A DNA stretch of 64,000 bases from Oscillospiraceae bacterium (GCA_022799035.1 JAAWNQ010000009.1:289-64288); one strand, 5' to 3'; positions 32,159 to 42,249 are shown, counted from the stretch's first letter. Numbers and translations: made by a program. Notes: generated from the letters alone by a model not told the origin.

Positions 32159-34228
32159 TCAGACCCCGGCGGCGCAGTTCTTGCCGGCGATATAGCCGTA
32201 GAACACGCACAGGGAGTGGCTGATGCCCCGGAAGCAGATGGGATATTCCACGGCGTAGCGGCTACCCTGGACGTTGCCGCAGACGTAGAGGCCGGGGATC
32301 AGGTCCCGGGTGGGGCTGGCTGGCTCCCCGGCGGTGAAGGTATGGCAGTTCTCGTCGCTCTCCAGACCGCCCACACAGACCAGCATGGCGGTGGTCCCCC
32401 ACTGGCAGGCGTAGAAGGGCCCCTTCTCAATGGGGAACATCCGCTTGCCCGGTTTGCCGAAATCCTCGTCCTTGCCGGCCCTGGCCAGGTCGTTATATCG
32501 CTGGATGGAGGCCAGGGCGGTATCCAGGGCCTGCCCCTCAAAGCCCATGTTTTTCAGCAGCTCCTCAATGGTCTCCCCCTTGAACTGGAAGGCCTCCGCC
32601 TTCTCAGAGACCTTGGTGTACTGCCGGTCGGTATAGTTGGCGTTGGCGGCGGCGTCCTCCTCCTCGGGGATGATATAGCACAGGCCCCCGTGGTTGGCGG
32701 GCATGAAGGGGATCTGCTGGGGCCAGGCGGAGTCGAAGATCTGGAAGGAGGTGTGCTGGGGCTGGAGCTCGATCTGATTCTCCAGCTGCTGGCCGGGGAT
32801 GGACTCGTTCATGAACCGCTCCCCCCGCAGGTTGATCTGGAGGAAGGGGGTGACCCCCATACCGCTGCCCATATGGTGGGTCATGGGGGCGTGGAAATCC
32901 TGGACCTTGGCCCCGGCCCAGGCGCCCATGCGAAGGCCGTCGCCGGTCTCCACGGTCTTGCCCTCCACATCCACGCCCAGCATACCCATGGCGCCCATGT
33001 TCATGATCTGCTTATCCAGGATCTCAGGGGCGAAATGCTTCATGATCCTCTCATCCCCGGAGTTGTCGCCGGTGGCCAGGATCACCCCCTTGGAGGCGTT
33101 GAGCTGGATATATTGATTGCCGTTCTGGGCGTCCCGGATGATGACGCCGGTGACCCGGCCGGAGGAGTCCTTGAGCAGCTTGGTGCCGAAGCAGCCATAG
33201 AAGGTCTTGGCCCCCTTGCTGATGGCGTCGTTGAGCTGGGCCTCCACGATGAAGCCCTGCTGATCCTTCCGGCTGGAGCGGAACTCCATGGAGGAGGGGA
33301 AGGTGGGGAACTCCTCCTCCCGGTAATCGTAGTGCTCGGGCTGGGGCCAGGCCAGAGGCACCAGAATGCCCTTGTCAAACTGCTCCTGGGTCACCTTCTC
33401 CCGGGTGGAGTCGCAGATGGTCAGGTCGGGGTAGGCCCCAAGGAACCAGTCCATGGCCTCATGGCCGTGCTCGGCCCAGCGCTTGATAATGGCCCGCTTA
33501 TTCCGGTAGGTACACTCCCGCATGAGCCGGTCCACCACCACATCGGTGTCCACGATCCCCTCCCGGCCCCAGCGCTTGTTGAGGGAGCCGTTGAGAAGGG
33601 CGTACTCTCCGGAGCGGCAGTTGAAAGATGCGGATTTCTCTACGATGGCGACCCGGGCTCCCTCCTCAGCGGCGGCCCGGGCGGCGCAGATCCCGGAAAG
33701 TCCCGCGCCGATGATGACCACGTCAAAATCCTGGGTGTCGGAGATGGAGGGGATCTCGGGCTCGGCCCCCAGCCAATCCTCCCCCTCCACGGCGGCGGTC
33801 ACGGGGGCGGAGACGGTGACGCTCTCCCCCTTGGCCTGGGCGATACAGGCCTTGGCGGCCTCCTTTACGGCGTTGGTTGTGACGGTAGCGCCGCTGACAG
33901 CGTCGATATCGGCCCCCTGGGCCTCCAGAATGGCCTTTTTCAGGTCCTCCCCCGCCACCTGACCGATGTTTTCGGTCTCCTTGGACAGGTCCAAGGTCAC
34001 GTCGGTGATGGCGTTGGCGTCAAAGGTCATGGTGACGGTGATCTCCCCCATGCCGGTGGCGGTGGCGCTGTATGTACCGGGGGTATACAGGCCCTTGGCT
34101 CCGGCGGTGGGCTCTGAGACCTTATCCTGGCAGGCCCCCAGGACCCCCATGGCGGCCAGACCCAGCGCCCCGGCGGCGGTGCCCTTCAGGAAATCCCGGC
34201 GGGAAAGCTCCTTGTGCTGCTTTTTCAT
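32159..34228 (-). CDS. Tat-exported lipoprotein flavoenzyme 2 (FMN-binding + FAD_binding_2)
   Basis: SRRDFLK, LGAC lipobox, DAVSGAT, GAGLSG, TGDG, GLYVCGN. Confidence 0.9.
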   Translation of the reverse strand: MKKQHKELSRRDFLKGTAAGALGLAAMGVLGACQDKVSEPTAGAKGLYTPGTYSATATGMGEITVTMTFDANAITDVTLDLSKETENIGQVAGEDLKKAILEAQGADIDAVSGATVTTNAVKEAAKACIAQAKGESVTVSAPVTAAVEGEDWLGAEPEIPSISDTQDFDVVIIGAGLSGICAARAAAEEGARVAIVEKSASFNCRSGEYALLNGSLNKRWGREGIVDTDVVVDRLMRECTYRNKRAIIKRWAEHGHEAMDWFLGAYPDLTICDSTREKVTQEQFDKGILVPLAWPQPEHYDYREEEFPTFPSSMEFRSSRKDQQGFIVEAQLNDAISKGAKTFYGCFGTKLLKDSSGRVTGVIIRDAQNGNQYIQLNASKGVILATGDNSGDERIMKHFAPEILDKQIMNMGAMGMLGVDVEGKTVETGDGLRMGAWAGAKVQDFHAPMTHHMGSGMGVTPFLQINLRGERFMNESIPGQQLENQIELQPQHTSFQIFDSAWPQQIPFMPANHGGLCYIIPEEEDAAANANYTDRQYTKVSEKAEAFQFKGETIEELLKNMGFEGQALDTALASIQRYNDLARAGKDEDFGKPGKRMFPIEKGPFYACQWGTTAMLVCVGGLESDENCHTFTAGEPASPTRDLIPGLYVCGNVQGSRYAVEYPICFRGISHSLCVFYGYIAGKNCAAGV

Positions 34229-34294
34229 ACGACTCTCTCCTTCTTATACCCTATACAGGGCTATGATCTGTCCTATTATACTATCGTTAACCCC

Positions 34295-34323
34295 TTGACA
34301 ATCAATTCCGTTTCCGCTATGAT
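34295..34323 (+). promoter_or_regulatory. SigA-type promoter of LysR2
   Basis: TTGACA (34295-34300) - 17 nt - TATGAT (34318-34323). Confidence 0.7.
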
Positions 34324-34357
34324 TAAGTCGAAAACGGAATCAGTAGGGGGGATGGGA

Positions 34358-35263
34358 ATGGAGACAGGCCATGTGGAGGAGTTTCTGGTGCTGGTGGAGG
34401 AGAGGAACTACTGGCGGGCGGCGGAGAAGCTGTATATGAACCAGTCCACTCTCTCCAAGCACATCAAGGCTTTGGAGAGGGAGCTGGAGGGGGAGCTGCT
34501 CACCCGCACCACCCGGTCGGTGGAGCTGACCGACTATGGGCGGGCCTTTCTCCCCTACGCCCGGGATCTGGCCCGGATCCAGAGCGGATGTACCGCCGCC
34601 CTGCGGCGGCTGCGGGAGAGCCACAGCGGTCAGGTGCGGCTCTACTGTATCCCGGCTTTGGCCCAGTATGGGCTGACAAAGCTGCTGGTGGGCTTCCACA
34701 GGGCTTACCCCGATTTTTATCTCCGGGTGGAGGAGACCAGCTCCTATCACTGCCGGAAGGCTTTGGAGCAGCGGGAGTGCGAGCTGGCCCTCTGCTGGGA
34801 GATGGACCCGGCTATTTTTCCCGGCATGGGAAAGGCCCTGACCAGCCTCCCCCTGGTCCGGGACCGGCTCATCCTGACGGTGGTCCGGGAGCATCCCTTG
34901 GCGGGGCGGGAGCGCATATCCTTGGGGGAGCTGGAGAGCAGCGACGTATGTCTGTTCAAAGGGTATCCGGCGGAGCTGGCCCGGGAGAGCTGTCGGCGGG
35001 CCGGTTTTTCCCTCCGGCCGGCCTGCGTCACCGACGCCACCTCCAACATCCTGGATGTGCTTCGGGAGGAGAATCATGTGGCCTTGCTGCCCGAGGGATT
35101 GATCCGGCACGCCATGGACTTCTCCCCGGCGGTGAGGGAGGGGTACACTTTGATAGAGCTGGAGGAAACGGTGGAGCTGGTCCTGTCCCTGAGTCATCTG
35201 GAGGAGGTCCCCCTGTCGGCGGCGGGACAGAGGTTTTGGGAGCTTTTTATCCAGGCAAAGTAA
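34358..35263 (+). CDS. LysR family regulator 2
   Basis: EFLVLVEERNYWRAAEKLYMNQSTLSKHIKALERELEGELLTRTTRSVELT; start 34352 or 34358. Confidence 0.92.
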   Translation: METGHVEEFLVLVEERNYWRAAEKLYMNQSTLSKHIKALERELEGELLTRTTRSVELTDYGRAFLPYARDLARIQSGCTAALRRLRESHSGQVRLYCIPALAQYGLTKLLVGFHRAYPDFYLRVEETSSYHCRKALEQRECELALCWEMDPAIFPGMGKALTSLPLVRDRLILTVVREHPLAGRERISLGELESSDVCLFKGYPAELARESCRRAGFSLRPACVTDATSNILDVLREENHVALLPEGLIRHAMDFSPAVREGYTLIELEETVELVLSLSHLEEVPLSAAGQRFWELFIQAK

Positions 35264-35312
35264 AAAGCCCCTGTGGAGGCTCCGATACTCGGGGCTTCCA
35301 CAGGGGCTTTTT
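35262..35312. terminator. Bidirectional terminator (LysR2 / rplQ)
   Basis: Long stem aaaagcccctgtggaggctccga/tcggggcttccacaggggctttt. Confidence 0.85.
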
Positions 35313-35325
35313 GTTTTGTTGGGGA

Positions 35326-35667
35326 TTACACCAACTGGATGACCGCCATCTCAGCGGCGTCGCCCCGGCGGGGGCCGATGCGGACCACACGGGTGTAGCC
35401 GCCGTCACGGGTGGCGTACTTGGGTCCGATCTGGTCAAACAGCTTCTTGGCCACGTCTTCCTTGGTGAGGAAGCTCAACGCCTGCCGATAGGCGGCCAGG
35501 TCGTTCTTCTTGGCCAGGGTGATCATCTTCTCGGCCAGGGGAGCCACCTCCTTGGCGCGGGTCACGGTGGTCTTGATCTGGCCGTTCTCCAGCAGGTAGG
35601 TGGTCATGGCGCGAAGCATGGCCATACGCTGGTCGGTCGGTCTTCCCAGTTTACGAACTGCGGGCAT
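35326..35667 (-). CDS. rplQ: 50S ribosomal protein L17
   Basis: [24 protein letters not shown]. Confidence 0.98.
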   Translation of the reverse strand: MPAVRKLGRPTDQRMAMLRAMTTYLLENGQIKTTVTRAKEVAPLAEKMITLAKKNDLAAYRQALSFLTKEDVAKKLFDQIGPKYATRDGGYTRVVRIGPRRGDAAEMAVIQLV

Positions 35668-35692
35668 TTTCTCTCACTCCTCTCGGCAGGTA

Positions 35693-36640
35693 TTAGTTAT
35701 TCTCGTCATCCGCAAGGCTCAGGCCCATCATGGCCAGCTTGTTCATGACTTCCTCCAGGCTCTTGCGGCCCAGGTTCCGGACCTTCATCATCTCGTCCTG
35801 GGTCTTGGAGATCAGGTCCTCCACCGTATTGATGCTGGCCCGCTTCAGGCAGTTGAAGCTGCGCACGGAGAGATCCAGCTCTTCGATGGTCATCTCCAGC
35901 ACCTTGTCCCGCTGGGCCTCGGCCTTCTCCACCACGGTGGAGGTGGAGCCCATGGTCTCAGAGAGATCGGTGAACAGGAGGAAGTGATCCACCAGGATCC
36001 GGGCTCCCAGGCTCACCGCGTCACGGGCGTCGATAGTGCCGTTGGTCCAGACCTCCAGGGTCAGCTTGTCAAAGTCGGTCCGGTCGCCCACACGGGTGTT
36101 CTCCACGGTGTAGTTGACCTTCCGCACAGGGGTGTAGACCGAATCTATGGGAATCACCCCGATGATGGTCTGGGCGTTCTTGTTCCGCTCGGCGGGAACA
36201 TAGCCCCGGCCATGGGAGAGGGTCAGTTCCATGTTCAGGCTGGCCCCGGGACTCAGGGTGGCGATGTGCAGGTCAGGATTCAGGATCTCCACCTCGCCGT
36301 CGGCCTTGATGTCGCCGGCGGTGACTTCGCATTCGCCGTTGGCCTCAATGTAGACGGTCTTGACCCCCTCGCTGTGGAGCTTGGCGATGATGGCCTTCAC
36401 GTTGAGGACGATCTCGGTCACGTCCTCCTTCACGCCAGGGATGGTGGAAAACTCATGCTGGATCCCGGCGATCTTGATGGAAGTCACCGCGGTGCCGGGG
36501 AGGGAGGACAGCAGCACCCGCCTGAGGGCATTGCCCAAGGTGGTGCCGTAGCCCCGCTCCAGAGGCTCTACAACATACTTGCCATAGGTGTTATCGCCGT
36601 TATCCTCGCAGTCGATGCGGGGTCTTTCGATTTCAACCAT
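35693..36640 (-). CDS. rpoA: RNA polymerase alpha subunit
   Basis: [28 protein letters not shown]. Confidence 0.99.
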   Translation of the reverse strand: MVEIERPRIDCEDNGDNTYGKYVVEPLERGYGTTLGNALRRVLLSSLPGTAVTSIKIAGIQHEFSTIPGVKEDVTEIVLNVKAIIAKLHSEGVKTVYIEANGECEVTAGDIKADGEVEILNPDLHIATLSPGASLNMELTLSHGRGYVPAERNKNAQTIIGVIPIDSVYTPVRKVNYTVENTRVGDRTDFDKLTLEVWTNGTIDARDAVSLGARILVDHFLLFTDLSETMGSTSTVVEKAEAQRDKVLEMTIEELDLSVRSFNCLKRASINTVEDLISKTQDEMMKVRNLGRKSLEEVMNKLAMMGLSLADDENN

Positions 36641-36710
36641 TGATTACCCTCCTTCAGTGGGCGGCTTCTACGCCGCCTGATTGGTCGATTCCGCGATCTG
36701 AGGGTATGGC

Positions 36711-37313
36711 TTACTTGGAGTACAACTCGACGATGAGGTGCTCCTCGATGGGCAGGTCGATGTCCTCGCGGGCGGGCAGCTTGGACACGGTGCCGGAGAG
36801 GGAGTTCTTCTCCTTGCTCAGCCACTGGGGCACGTTGACGATGATGGCGTCCTCGCCCACGAAGCGCTTGAACTTCACGCTCTGGCGGCTGGACTCCTTG
36901 ACCTCGATCACGTCGCCCACCTTCACCAGGTAGGAGGGGATGTTGACCTTGCGGCCGTTGACGGTGAAGTGGCCGTGGTTCACCAGCTGACGGGCCTCAC
37001 GGCGGGTCATGGCGAAGCCCAGACGGTACACCACGTTGTCCAGACGGCGCTCCACCAGGATGAGCAGGTTCTCGCCGGTCTCCCCGGGCATACGGATGGC
37101 CTTCTCATAGTAGGAGTGGAACTGCTTCTCCAGAATGCCGTAGACGAACTTGACCTTCTGCTTCTCCTGGAGCTGGGTGGCGTACTCGCTCTGCTTCCGG
37201 CGCACATTGGCCTTAGGCTTGCGGTTGGTGGTCTTCTTGTCATAGCCCATAGCGGCGGGGGAGATCCCCAGCGCCTTACAACGCTTGGCGATGGGCTGCA
37301 TATTCTTAGCCAT
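36711..37313 (-). CDS. rpsD: 30S ribosomal protein S4
   Basis: [16 protein letters not shown]-like [14 protein letters not shown]. Confidence 0.98.
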   Translation of the reverse strand: MAKNMQPIAKRCKALGISPAAMGYDKKTTNRKPKANVRRKQSEYATQLQEKQKVKFVYGILEKQFHSYYEKAIRMPGETGENLLILVERRLDNVVYRLGFAMTRREARQLVNHGHFTVNGRKVNIPSYLVKVGDVIEVKESSRQSVKFKRFVGEDAIIVNVPQWLSKEKNSLSGTVSKLPAREDIDLPIEEHLIVELYSK

Positions 37314-37330
37314 TCGATTTCTCCTCCTTC

Positions 37331-37726
37331 TTACACTCTACGGCGCTTGGGCGGACGGCAGCCGTTGTGGGGCACGGGGGTCACGTCCTTGATGAGGGTG
37401 ACCTCCAGGCCCACGGCCTGGAGAGCCCGGATGGCGGCCTCGCGGCCCTGGCCGGGACCCTTCACGTAAACCTCCACGGTCTTCAGTCCGGCGTTCTCGA
37501 TGGCGGCCTTGGCGGCAGTCTCGGCGGCGGTCTGAGCGGCGAAGGGGGTGGACTTCCGGGAGCCCCGGAATCCCATCTCACCGGAGGACGCCCAGCTAAG
37601 GGCGTTGCCCTGCATGTCGGTGACGGTGATCATGGTGTTGTTGAAAGAGGAGCGGATATGCACCTGGCCCTTTTCAACGTTCTTGCGCTCGCGGCGGCGG
37701 CGCACTACTTTCTTGTTAGCAGCCAT
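37331..37726 (-). CDS. rpsK: 30S ribosomal protein S11
   Basis: [22 protein letters not shown]. Confidence 0.99.
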   Translation of the reverse strand: MAANKKVVRRRRERKNVEKGQVHIRSSFNNTMITVTDMQGNALSWASSGEMGFRGSRKSTPFAAQTAAETAAKAAIENAGLKTVEVYVKGPGQGREAAIRALQAVGLEVTLIKDVTPVPHNGCRPPKRRRV

Positions 37727-37739
37727 TGCTTATCCCTCC

Positions 37740-38108
37740 TTACTTCTTCTTGTTGGCGACGGTACGCTTCGGACCCTTCCGGGTACGGGCGTTGGTCTTG
37801 GTCCTCTGACCCCGGACGGGCAGGCCCTTGCGGTGCCGCACGCCCCGGTAGCAGCCGATCTCGGTCAGCCGCTTGATATCCATGGCCAGGTCACGGCGGA
37901 GGTCGCCCTCCACAGTGTAGCTGTGACCAATGATCTCACGCAGCTTGGCCTCCTCGGCCTCGGTCAGGTCCTTCACCCGGGTATCGGGGTTGATCCCGGC
38001 CTGGGCCAGGATCTTAGTGGCGCTGGTGCGCCCGATGCCGAAGATATAGGTCAGACCGATCTCGATCCGTTTGTCTCTCGGCAAATCAATACCAGCAATA
38101 CGAGCCAT
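37740..38108 (-). CDS. rpsM: 30S ribosomal protein S13
   Basis: [24 protein letters not shown]. Confidence 0.99.
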   Translation of the reverse strand: MARIAGIDLPRDKRIEIGLTYIFGIGRTSATKILAQAGINPDTRVKDLTEAEEAKLREIIGHSYTVEGDLRRDLAMDIKRLTEIGCYRGVRHRKGLPVRGQRTKTNARTRKGPKRTVANKKK

Positions 38109-38128
38109 ACTGTTTCAGCACCTCCTTC

Positions 38129-38242
38129 TTAACCTTGTCTTTGTTTATGCTTGGGGTTTTCGCAGATAACCATGACCTTGCCCTTGCGCTTGATGATCTT
38201 GCACTTCTCGCACATGGGCTTCACGGACGGCCTTACTTTCAT
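38129..38242 (-). CDS. rpmJ: 50S ribosomal protein L36 (not in ORF track)
   Basis: Hand-translated [37 protein letters not shown]. Confidence 0.98.
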   Translation of the reverse strand: MKVRPSVKPMCEKCKIIKRKGKVMVICENPKHKQRQG

Positions 38243-38475
38243 GATAAACCTCCTTGTGAATGCCTGAATGGCCCCGCGTCGTCGCAAGCTACATATCCTT
38301 CCCTTCCGGGCAAGCCCAAAAGCTCAGTTATTCCGCTGCTCCTCCTTTCCCCAACAAAACCCTTCGGATTTTGCCGGGGACCCCATTTAAGGTCAAGGTC
38401 AAGAGCAGGGCAAGGTCTGCGACGATTTGGTCGTTTATAGTTTCGTTGGTGGGATCCCCCACCGGGAATACATTG

Positions 38476-38694
38476 TTATTTGGTTCTCCAGGTAATACGG
38501 CCTCTGGTGAGGTCGTAGGGCGACATCTGGACCGTGACCTTGTCCCCGGGCAGGATCCGGATGAAGTTCATCCGCAGCTTGCCGGAGATGTGGGCCAGGA
38601 TGATGTGGCCGTTACCGATATCCACCCGGAAGGTGGTGTTGGGGAGGGACTCTACCACAACGCCCTCCACCTCGATCATATCATCTTTTGCCAA
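38476..38694 (-). CDS. infA: Translation initiation factor IF-1
   Basis: TTG start; [20 protein letters not shown]. Confidence 0.98.
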   Translation of the reverse strand: MAKDDMIEVEGVVVESLPNTTFRVDIGNGHIILAHISGKLRMNFIRILPGDKVTVQMSPYDLTRGRITWRTK

Positions 38695-38698
38695 AGCG

Positions 38699-38986
38699 TC
38701 AAACCTCCTTGGCTGGGAAGGCGGCTAAGGCCCTCCGAATGTCATTGTTGGTGACCGGCTCCCCCTGCATGAGCCTTTGGACCACAGGGTGGTCGTAGGG
38801 ATGCAGGTGGTCGGTCAGGACCCTTACATGGCCCAGTTTCTTTCGCTTGGGCTTGGTGACCTTTCGGCGTTTGCCGTCGGCCAGGTGAAGCATACCGCTC
38901 TCCCGGTCCACACCCACCACACAGAACAGCCCTTCCTTATCCCGTCCGGCGGTGGAGCGGACGATCCAGCCTTGGTAATCGTACAT
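38699..38986 (-). CDS. KOW-domain (L14E-like) protein
   Basis: [10 protein letters not shown]...ADGKRR...KPKRKK; usual map-infA position in Clostridia. Confidence 0.85.
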   Translation of the reverse strand: MYDYQGWIVRSTAGRDKEGLFCVVGVDRESGMLHLADGKRRKVTKPKRKKLGHVRVLTDHLHPYDHPVVQRLMQGEPVTNNDIRRALAAFPAKEV

Positions 38987-39756
38987 CAGGCCGGCTCTCC
39001 GTTCTCGTCCACCGTGAGGAGCTCAGGCTCCCCGTCGGTAATCAGGATGGTGTTCTCGTAATGGGCGGCGAGGCTGCCGTCGGCGGACACGGTGGTCCAC
39101 CTGTCGGGCAGCACCCGGACCCGCCAGTCTCCGGCGCAGACCATGGGCTCCACCGCGATGACCATACCGGGCTGGAACCGGGCGCCGTGGCCCGCCGCGC
39201 CGTAGTTGGGTACCTCGGGGGCCTCGTGCATCTTGCTGCCCACTCCGTGGCCCACGAAATCCCGGACCACGCCGTAGCCGAAGCTTTCCACATACTGCTG
39301 GACCGCGTGGCCCACGTCGGATACCCGGCAGCCTACCCGGGCGTTTTTCACGCCCTCGAAGAAGCTTTGCCGGGTCACCTCCACCAGCTTCCTGGCCTCC
39401 TCAGAGACCTGTCCGCAGAAGTAGGTGGCGGCGCAGTCTCCGTGGTATCCGTTGAGGAAAGCTCCCACGTCCACAGAGACGATGTCCCCCTCCTTCAGCT
39501 TCCGGGAACCGGGGATGCCGTGGATGACGACCTCGTTTACCGAAATACAGGTGGAGGCGGGAAACCCGCCGTAGCCCAGAAAAGACGGCTTGGCGCCGTG
39601 GCTTTCGATGAACTTCCGGACCTCTCTGTCGATCTCCCCGGTGGTGATCCCGGGGCGGATGAGGGATCCGGCCAACTTGCGGGCCTGGGCGGTGAGCCGT
39701 CCGGCGGCCCGCATTTTTTCGATCTCGCTGGGAGATTTAATGGAGATCATTTCCAT
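38986..39756 (-). CDS. map: Methionine aminopeptidase type I
   Basis: SVNEVVIHGIP, GHGVG, AVEPM, AHYENT. Confidence 0.98.
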   Translation of the reverse strand: MEMISIKSPSEIEKMRAAGRLTAQARKLAGSLIRPGITTGEIDREVRKFIESHGAKPSFLGYGGFPASTCISVNEVVIHGIPGSRKLKEGDIVSVDVGAFLNGYHGDCAATYFCGQVSEEARKLVEVTRQSFFEGVKNARVGCRVSDVGHAVQQYVESFGYGVVRDFVGHGVGSKMHEAPEVPNYGAAGHGARFQPGMVIAVEPMVCAGDWRVRVLPDRWTTVSADGSLAAHYENTILITDGEPELLTVDENGEPA

Positions 39757-39758
39757 CT

Positions 39759-40391
39759 TCAGACCCCCAGAATGGAGAGGATAGCCCTGTCCACACTTTC
39801 GATGCTTCCCGTGTTCTCCACCCTGCGGAGCAGGCCCCGCTGGGTATAGAATTCCTTGAGAGGCTCGGTCTGCTTGTGATAGACCGCCAGGCGGTCCCGA
39901 ATGGTCTCCTCGGTGTCGTCCTTCCTGTGGACCAGCTCACTGCCGCAGCGGTCGCAGAGCCCCTCAGTCTTGGGGGGCTGGACCACCATATGGTAGGTGG
40001 CGCCGCAGTCCAGACACACCCGGCGGCCCATGATCCGGTGGGTCACTTCGTCGTCCGAGACCTCAATGGAGATCACGTGGTCGAAGTGAAGCCCTTCCTC
40101 CTCCAGAGCCTGGGCCTGGGCCAGAGTGCGGGGCACCCCGTCCAGGATATAGCCCTTGGAGCAATCGGGCTGGGCCACACGCTGGGCCACCATGGGAATG
40201 ATGACCTCGTCAGGGACCAGCTGTCCCGCGTCGATGAGGACCTTGGCCTTTTTCCCCAACTCGGTCCCCGCCTTCACGGCGGAGCGGAGCATATCTCCGG
40301 TGGAGATGGTGGGTATGCCTAACTTTTCACTGATGATGGCCGCCTGGGTGCCTTTTCCGGCCCCCGGAGGTCCCAGGAAAATCAGTTTCAT
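39759..40391 (-). CDS. adk: Adenylate kinase
   Basis: GPPGAGKGTQ, STGDMLR, Zn-lid CLDC/CDRC. Confidence 0.98.
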   Translation of the reverse strand: MKLIFLGPPGAGKGTQAAIISEKLGIPTISTGDMLRSAVKAGTELGKKAKVLIDAGQLVPDEVIIPMVAQRVAQPDCSKGYILDGVPRTLAQAQALEEEGLHFDHVISIEVSDDEVTHRIMGRRVCLDCGATYHMVVQPPKTEGLCDRCGSELVHRKDDTEETIRDRLAVYHKQTEPLKEFYTQRGLLRRVENTGSIESVDRAILSILGV

Positions 40392-40404
40392 AGCCAGCCC
40401 CCGC

Positions 40405-41793
40405 TTACTCCAGGAAGCCCTTGTAGTGGCGCATCATGAGCTGGGCCTCCAGGGCCTTGCTGGTCTCCAGGGCCACGCCCACGGCGATGATGATGGAGGT
40501 CCCGCCCACAGCCAGGTCGGAACGGCCCACCAGATTGCCCGAAAGGATAGGCACGATGGCGATGACAGACAGGAACATGGCGCCGAAGAAAGTGATCTTG
40601 CTCAGCACCTTGCGGATGAAGTCGGCGGTGGGCTTGCCGGGCCGGAAGCCGGGGACAAAGCCGCCGTTCTTCTTCAGGTTGTTGGCAACCTCGGTGGGAT
40701 CAAACTGCATGGTGGAGTAGAAATAGCTGAAGGCCAGGATGAGCAGGAAATACACCACCGTGTAGATCAGCCCATTGGCGTCAAACACCCGCAGGAAGTT
40801 TTCCCAGAAGGTGGCGTCGGTCTGGCCGGGCTTGGCGGCCTGGATGCCCGCGAAAGCGCAGATGGTGGCGGGCAGGGAGGCGATGGACTGGGCGAAGATG
40901 ATGGGAAGCACACCGGACATATTCACCTTCAGGGGAATATGGCTGGACTGGCCGCCGTAGATCTTCCGGCCCACCACCCGCTTGGCGTACTGCACGGGGA
41001 TCCGCCGCTCGGCGTTCTGGATATAGACCACGAAGACCACCAGGGCCAGCAGGCCAATGACGATCACCGGGATCAGAGCCGGATGGAGCCGGGAGGCCAG
41101 GAAGTTGGCGTACCCTTCGCTCTCGGCGCCGCCGTAAGCGGCAATCAGATCCTCGGTGATGGGGATCTGCCACATGGACACGCCCTGCCCCATGGAGCTG
41201 ATCATGTTGGGGATCCGGGACAGGATGCCGGCAAACAGGATCATGGAGATACCGTTGCCGATGCCCTTCTCGGTAATCTGCTCGCCCAGCCACATGACGA
41301 AGGCGGAACCGGCCACAAAGGTGGTGACGATGACAAAGCCGGCCCAGAAACCGTTCACATCACCCACGGCCAACAGTTCGTTGGTCCGCATGATGGTGTA
41401 GTAGCCATAGCCCTGGAGCACCGCGATAGCCACGGTGGTATACCGGGTGATGGCGGCGATCTTCTTCCGGCCTTCCTCGCCGCCCTCCTTGGCCAGCCGC
41501 TCCAGAGCGGGGATAGCCACGGTGAGCAGCTCGATGATAATGGAGCTGTTGATATAGGGCTGGACGCCCAGGGCAAAGACGGCGGCCATGGAGAAGGCGG
41601 TGCCGTTCATAGTGCCCAGCAGATCAAAGATGGTGCCCGACATGTTGCCCAGAAAAGCGGCCAGCTTATCCCCGTCCACAAAGGGAGTGGGGACCACAGA
41701 GCCCAGCCGGAAGATCAACAGGGCGAAGACGGTGAATAGGATCTTGCTCTTCAGCTCAGGCACCTTCCAGGCGTTCTTTAGTGTCTGGATCAA
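40405..41793 (-). CDS. secY: Preprotein translocase SecY
   Basis: FALGVQPYINSSII, WLGEQITEKGIGNGIS, GFVPGFRPG. Confidence 0.98.
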   Translation of the reverse strand: MIQTLKNAWKVPELKSKILFTVFALLIFRLGSVVPTPFVDGDKLAAFLGNMSGTIFDLLGTMNGTAFSMAAVFALGVQPYINSSIIIELLTVAIPALERLAKEGGEEGRKKIAAITRYTTVAIAVLQGYGYYTIMRTNELLAVGDVNGFWAGFVIVTTFVAGSAFVMWLGEQITEKGIGNGISMILFAGILSRIPNMISSMGQGVSMWQIPITEDLIAAYGGAESEGYANFLASRLHPALIPVIVIGLLALVVFVVYIQNAERRIPVQYAKRVVGRKIYGGQSSHIPLKVNMSGVLPIIFAQSIASLPATICAFAGIQAAKPGQTDATFWENFLRVFDANGLIYTVVYFLLILAFSYFYSTMQFDPTEVANNLKKNGGFVPGFRPGKPTADFIRKVLSKITFFGAMFLSVIAIVPILSGNLVGRSDLAVGGTSIIIAVGVALETSKALEAQLMMRHYKGFLE

Positions 41794-41794
41794 A

Positions 41795-42235
41795 TCAGAT
41801 CACCTCAGCCTTTCCGCCCGCAGCCTCGATCTTTTCCTTGGCGGAGGCGGAGAAGGCAGTCGCCCGGACGGTCAGCTTCTTGGTGAGGGAGCCGTTGCCC
41901 AGTACCTTCACGCCGTACTCACACTTGGAAAGGATACCCTTTTCCAGCAGGTCGCAGACATTGACGGTAGCGCCGTCCTCAAACTTGTTCAGGGAAGCCA
42001 CGTTGATGGCCTCCAGCTTCTTTGCGAAGATGTTGTTGAAGCCCCGCTTGGGCAGCCGGCGGGCCAGAGGCATCTGGCCGCCCTCAAATCCCACGCGGAC
42101 CCCGCCGCCGGAGCGGGCCTTCTGACCCTTGTGGCCCCGGCCGCCGGTCTTGCCGTTGCCGGTGCCAACGCCCCGGCCCTTACGCCAGGCCTTGGGGTTG
42201 GAGCCGGCCACGGGGGAGAGATCATGAAGATTCAT
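41795..42235 (-). CDS. rplO: 50S ribosomal protein L15
   Basis: [20 protein letters not shown]. Confidence 0.98.
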   Translation of the reverse strand: MNLHDLSPVAGSNPKAWRKGRGVGTGNGKTGGRGHKGQKARSGGGVRVGFEGGQMPLARRLPKRGFNNIFAKKLEAINVASLNKFEDGATVNVCDLLEKGILSKCEYGVKVLGNGSLTKKLTVRATAFSASAKEKIEAAGGKAEVI

Positions 42236-42249
42236 TTCTCTTATCCTCC

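Noticed and set aside
29028-34228. Annotation as fumarate reductase / succinate dehydrogenase
   Set aside because: Catalytic His/Arg motifs are absent and there are no Fe-S or membrane-anchor subunits.
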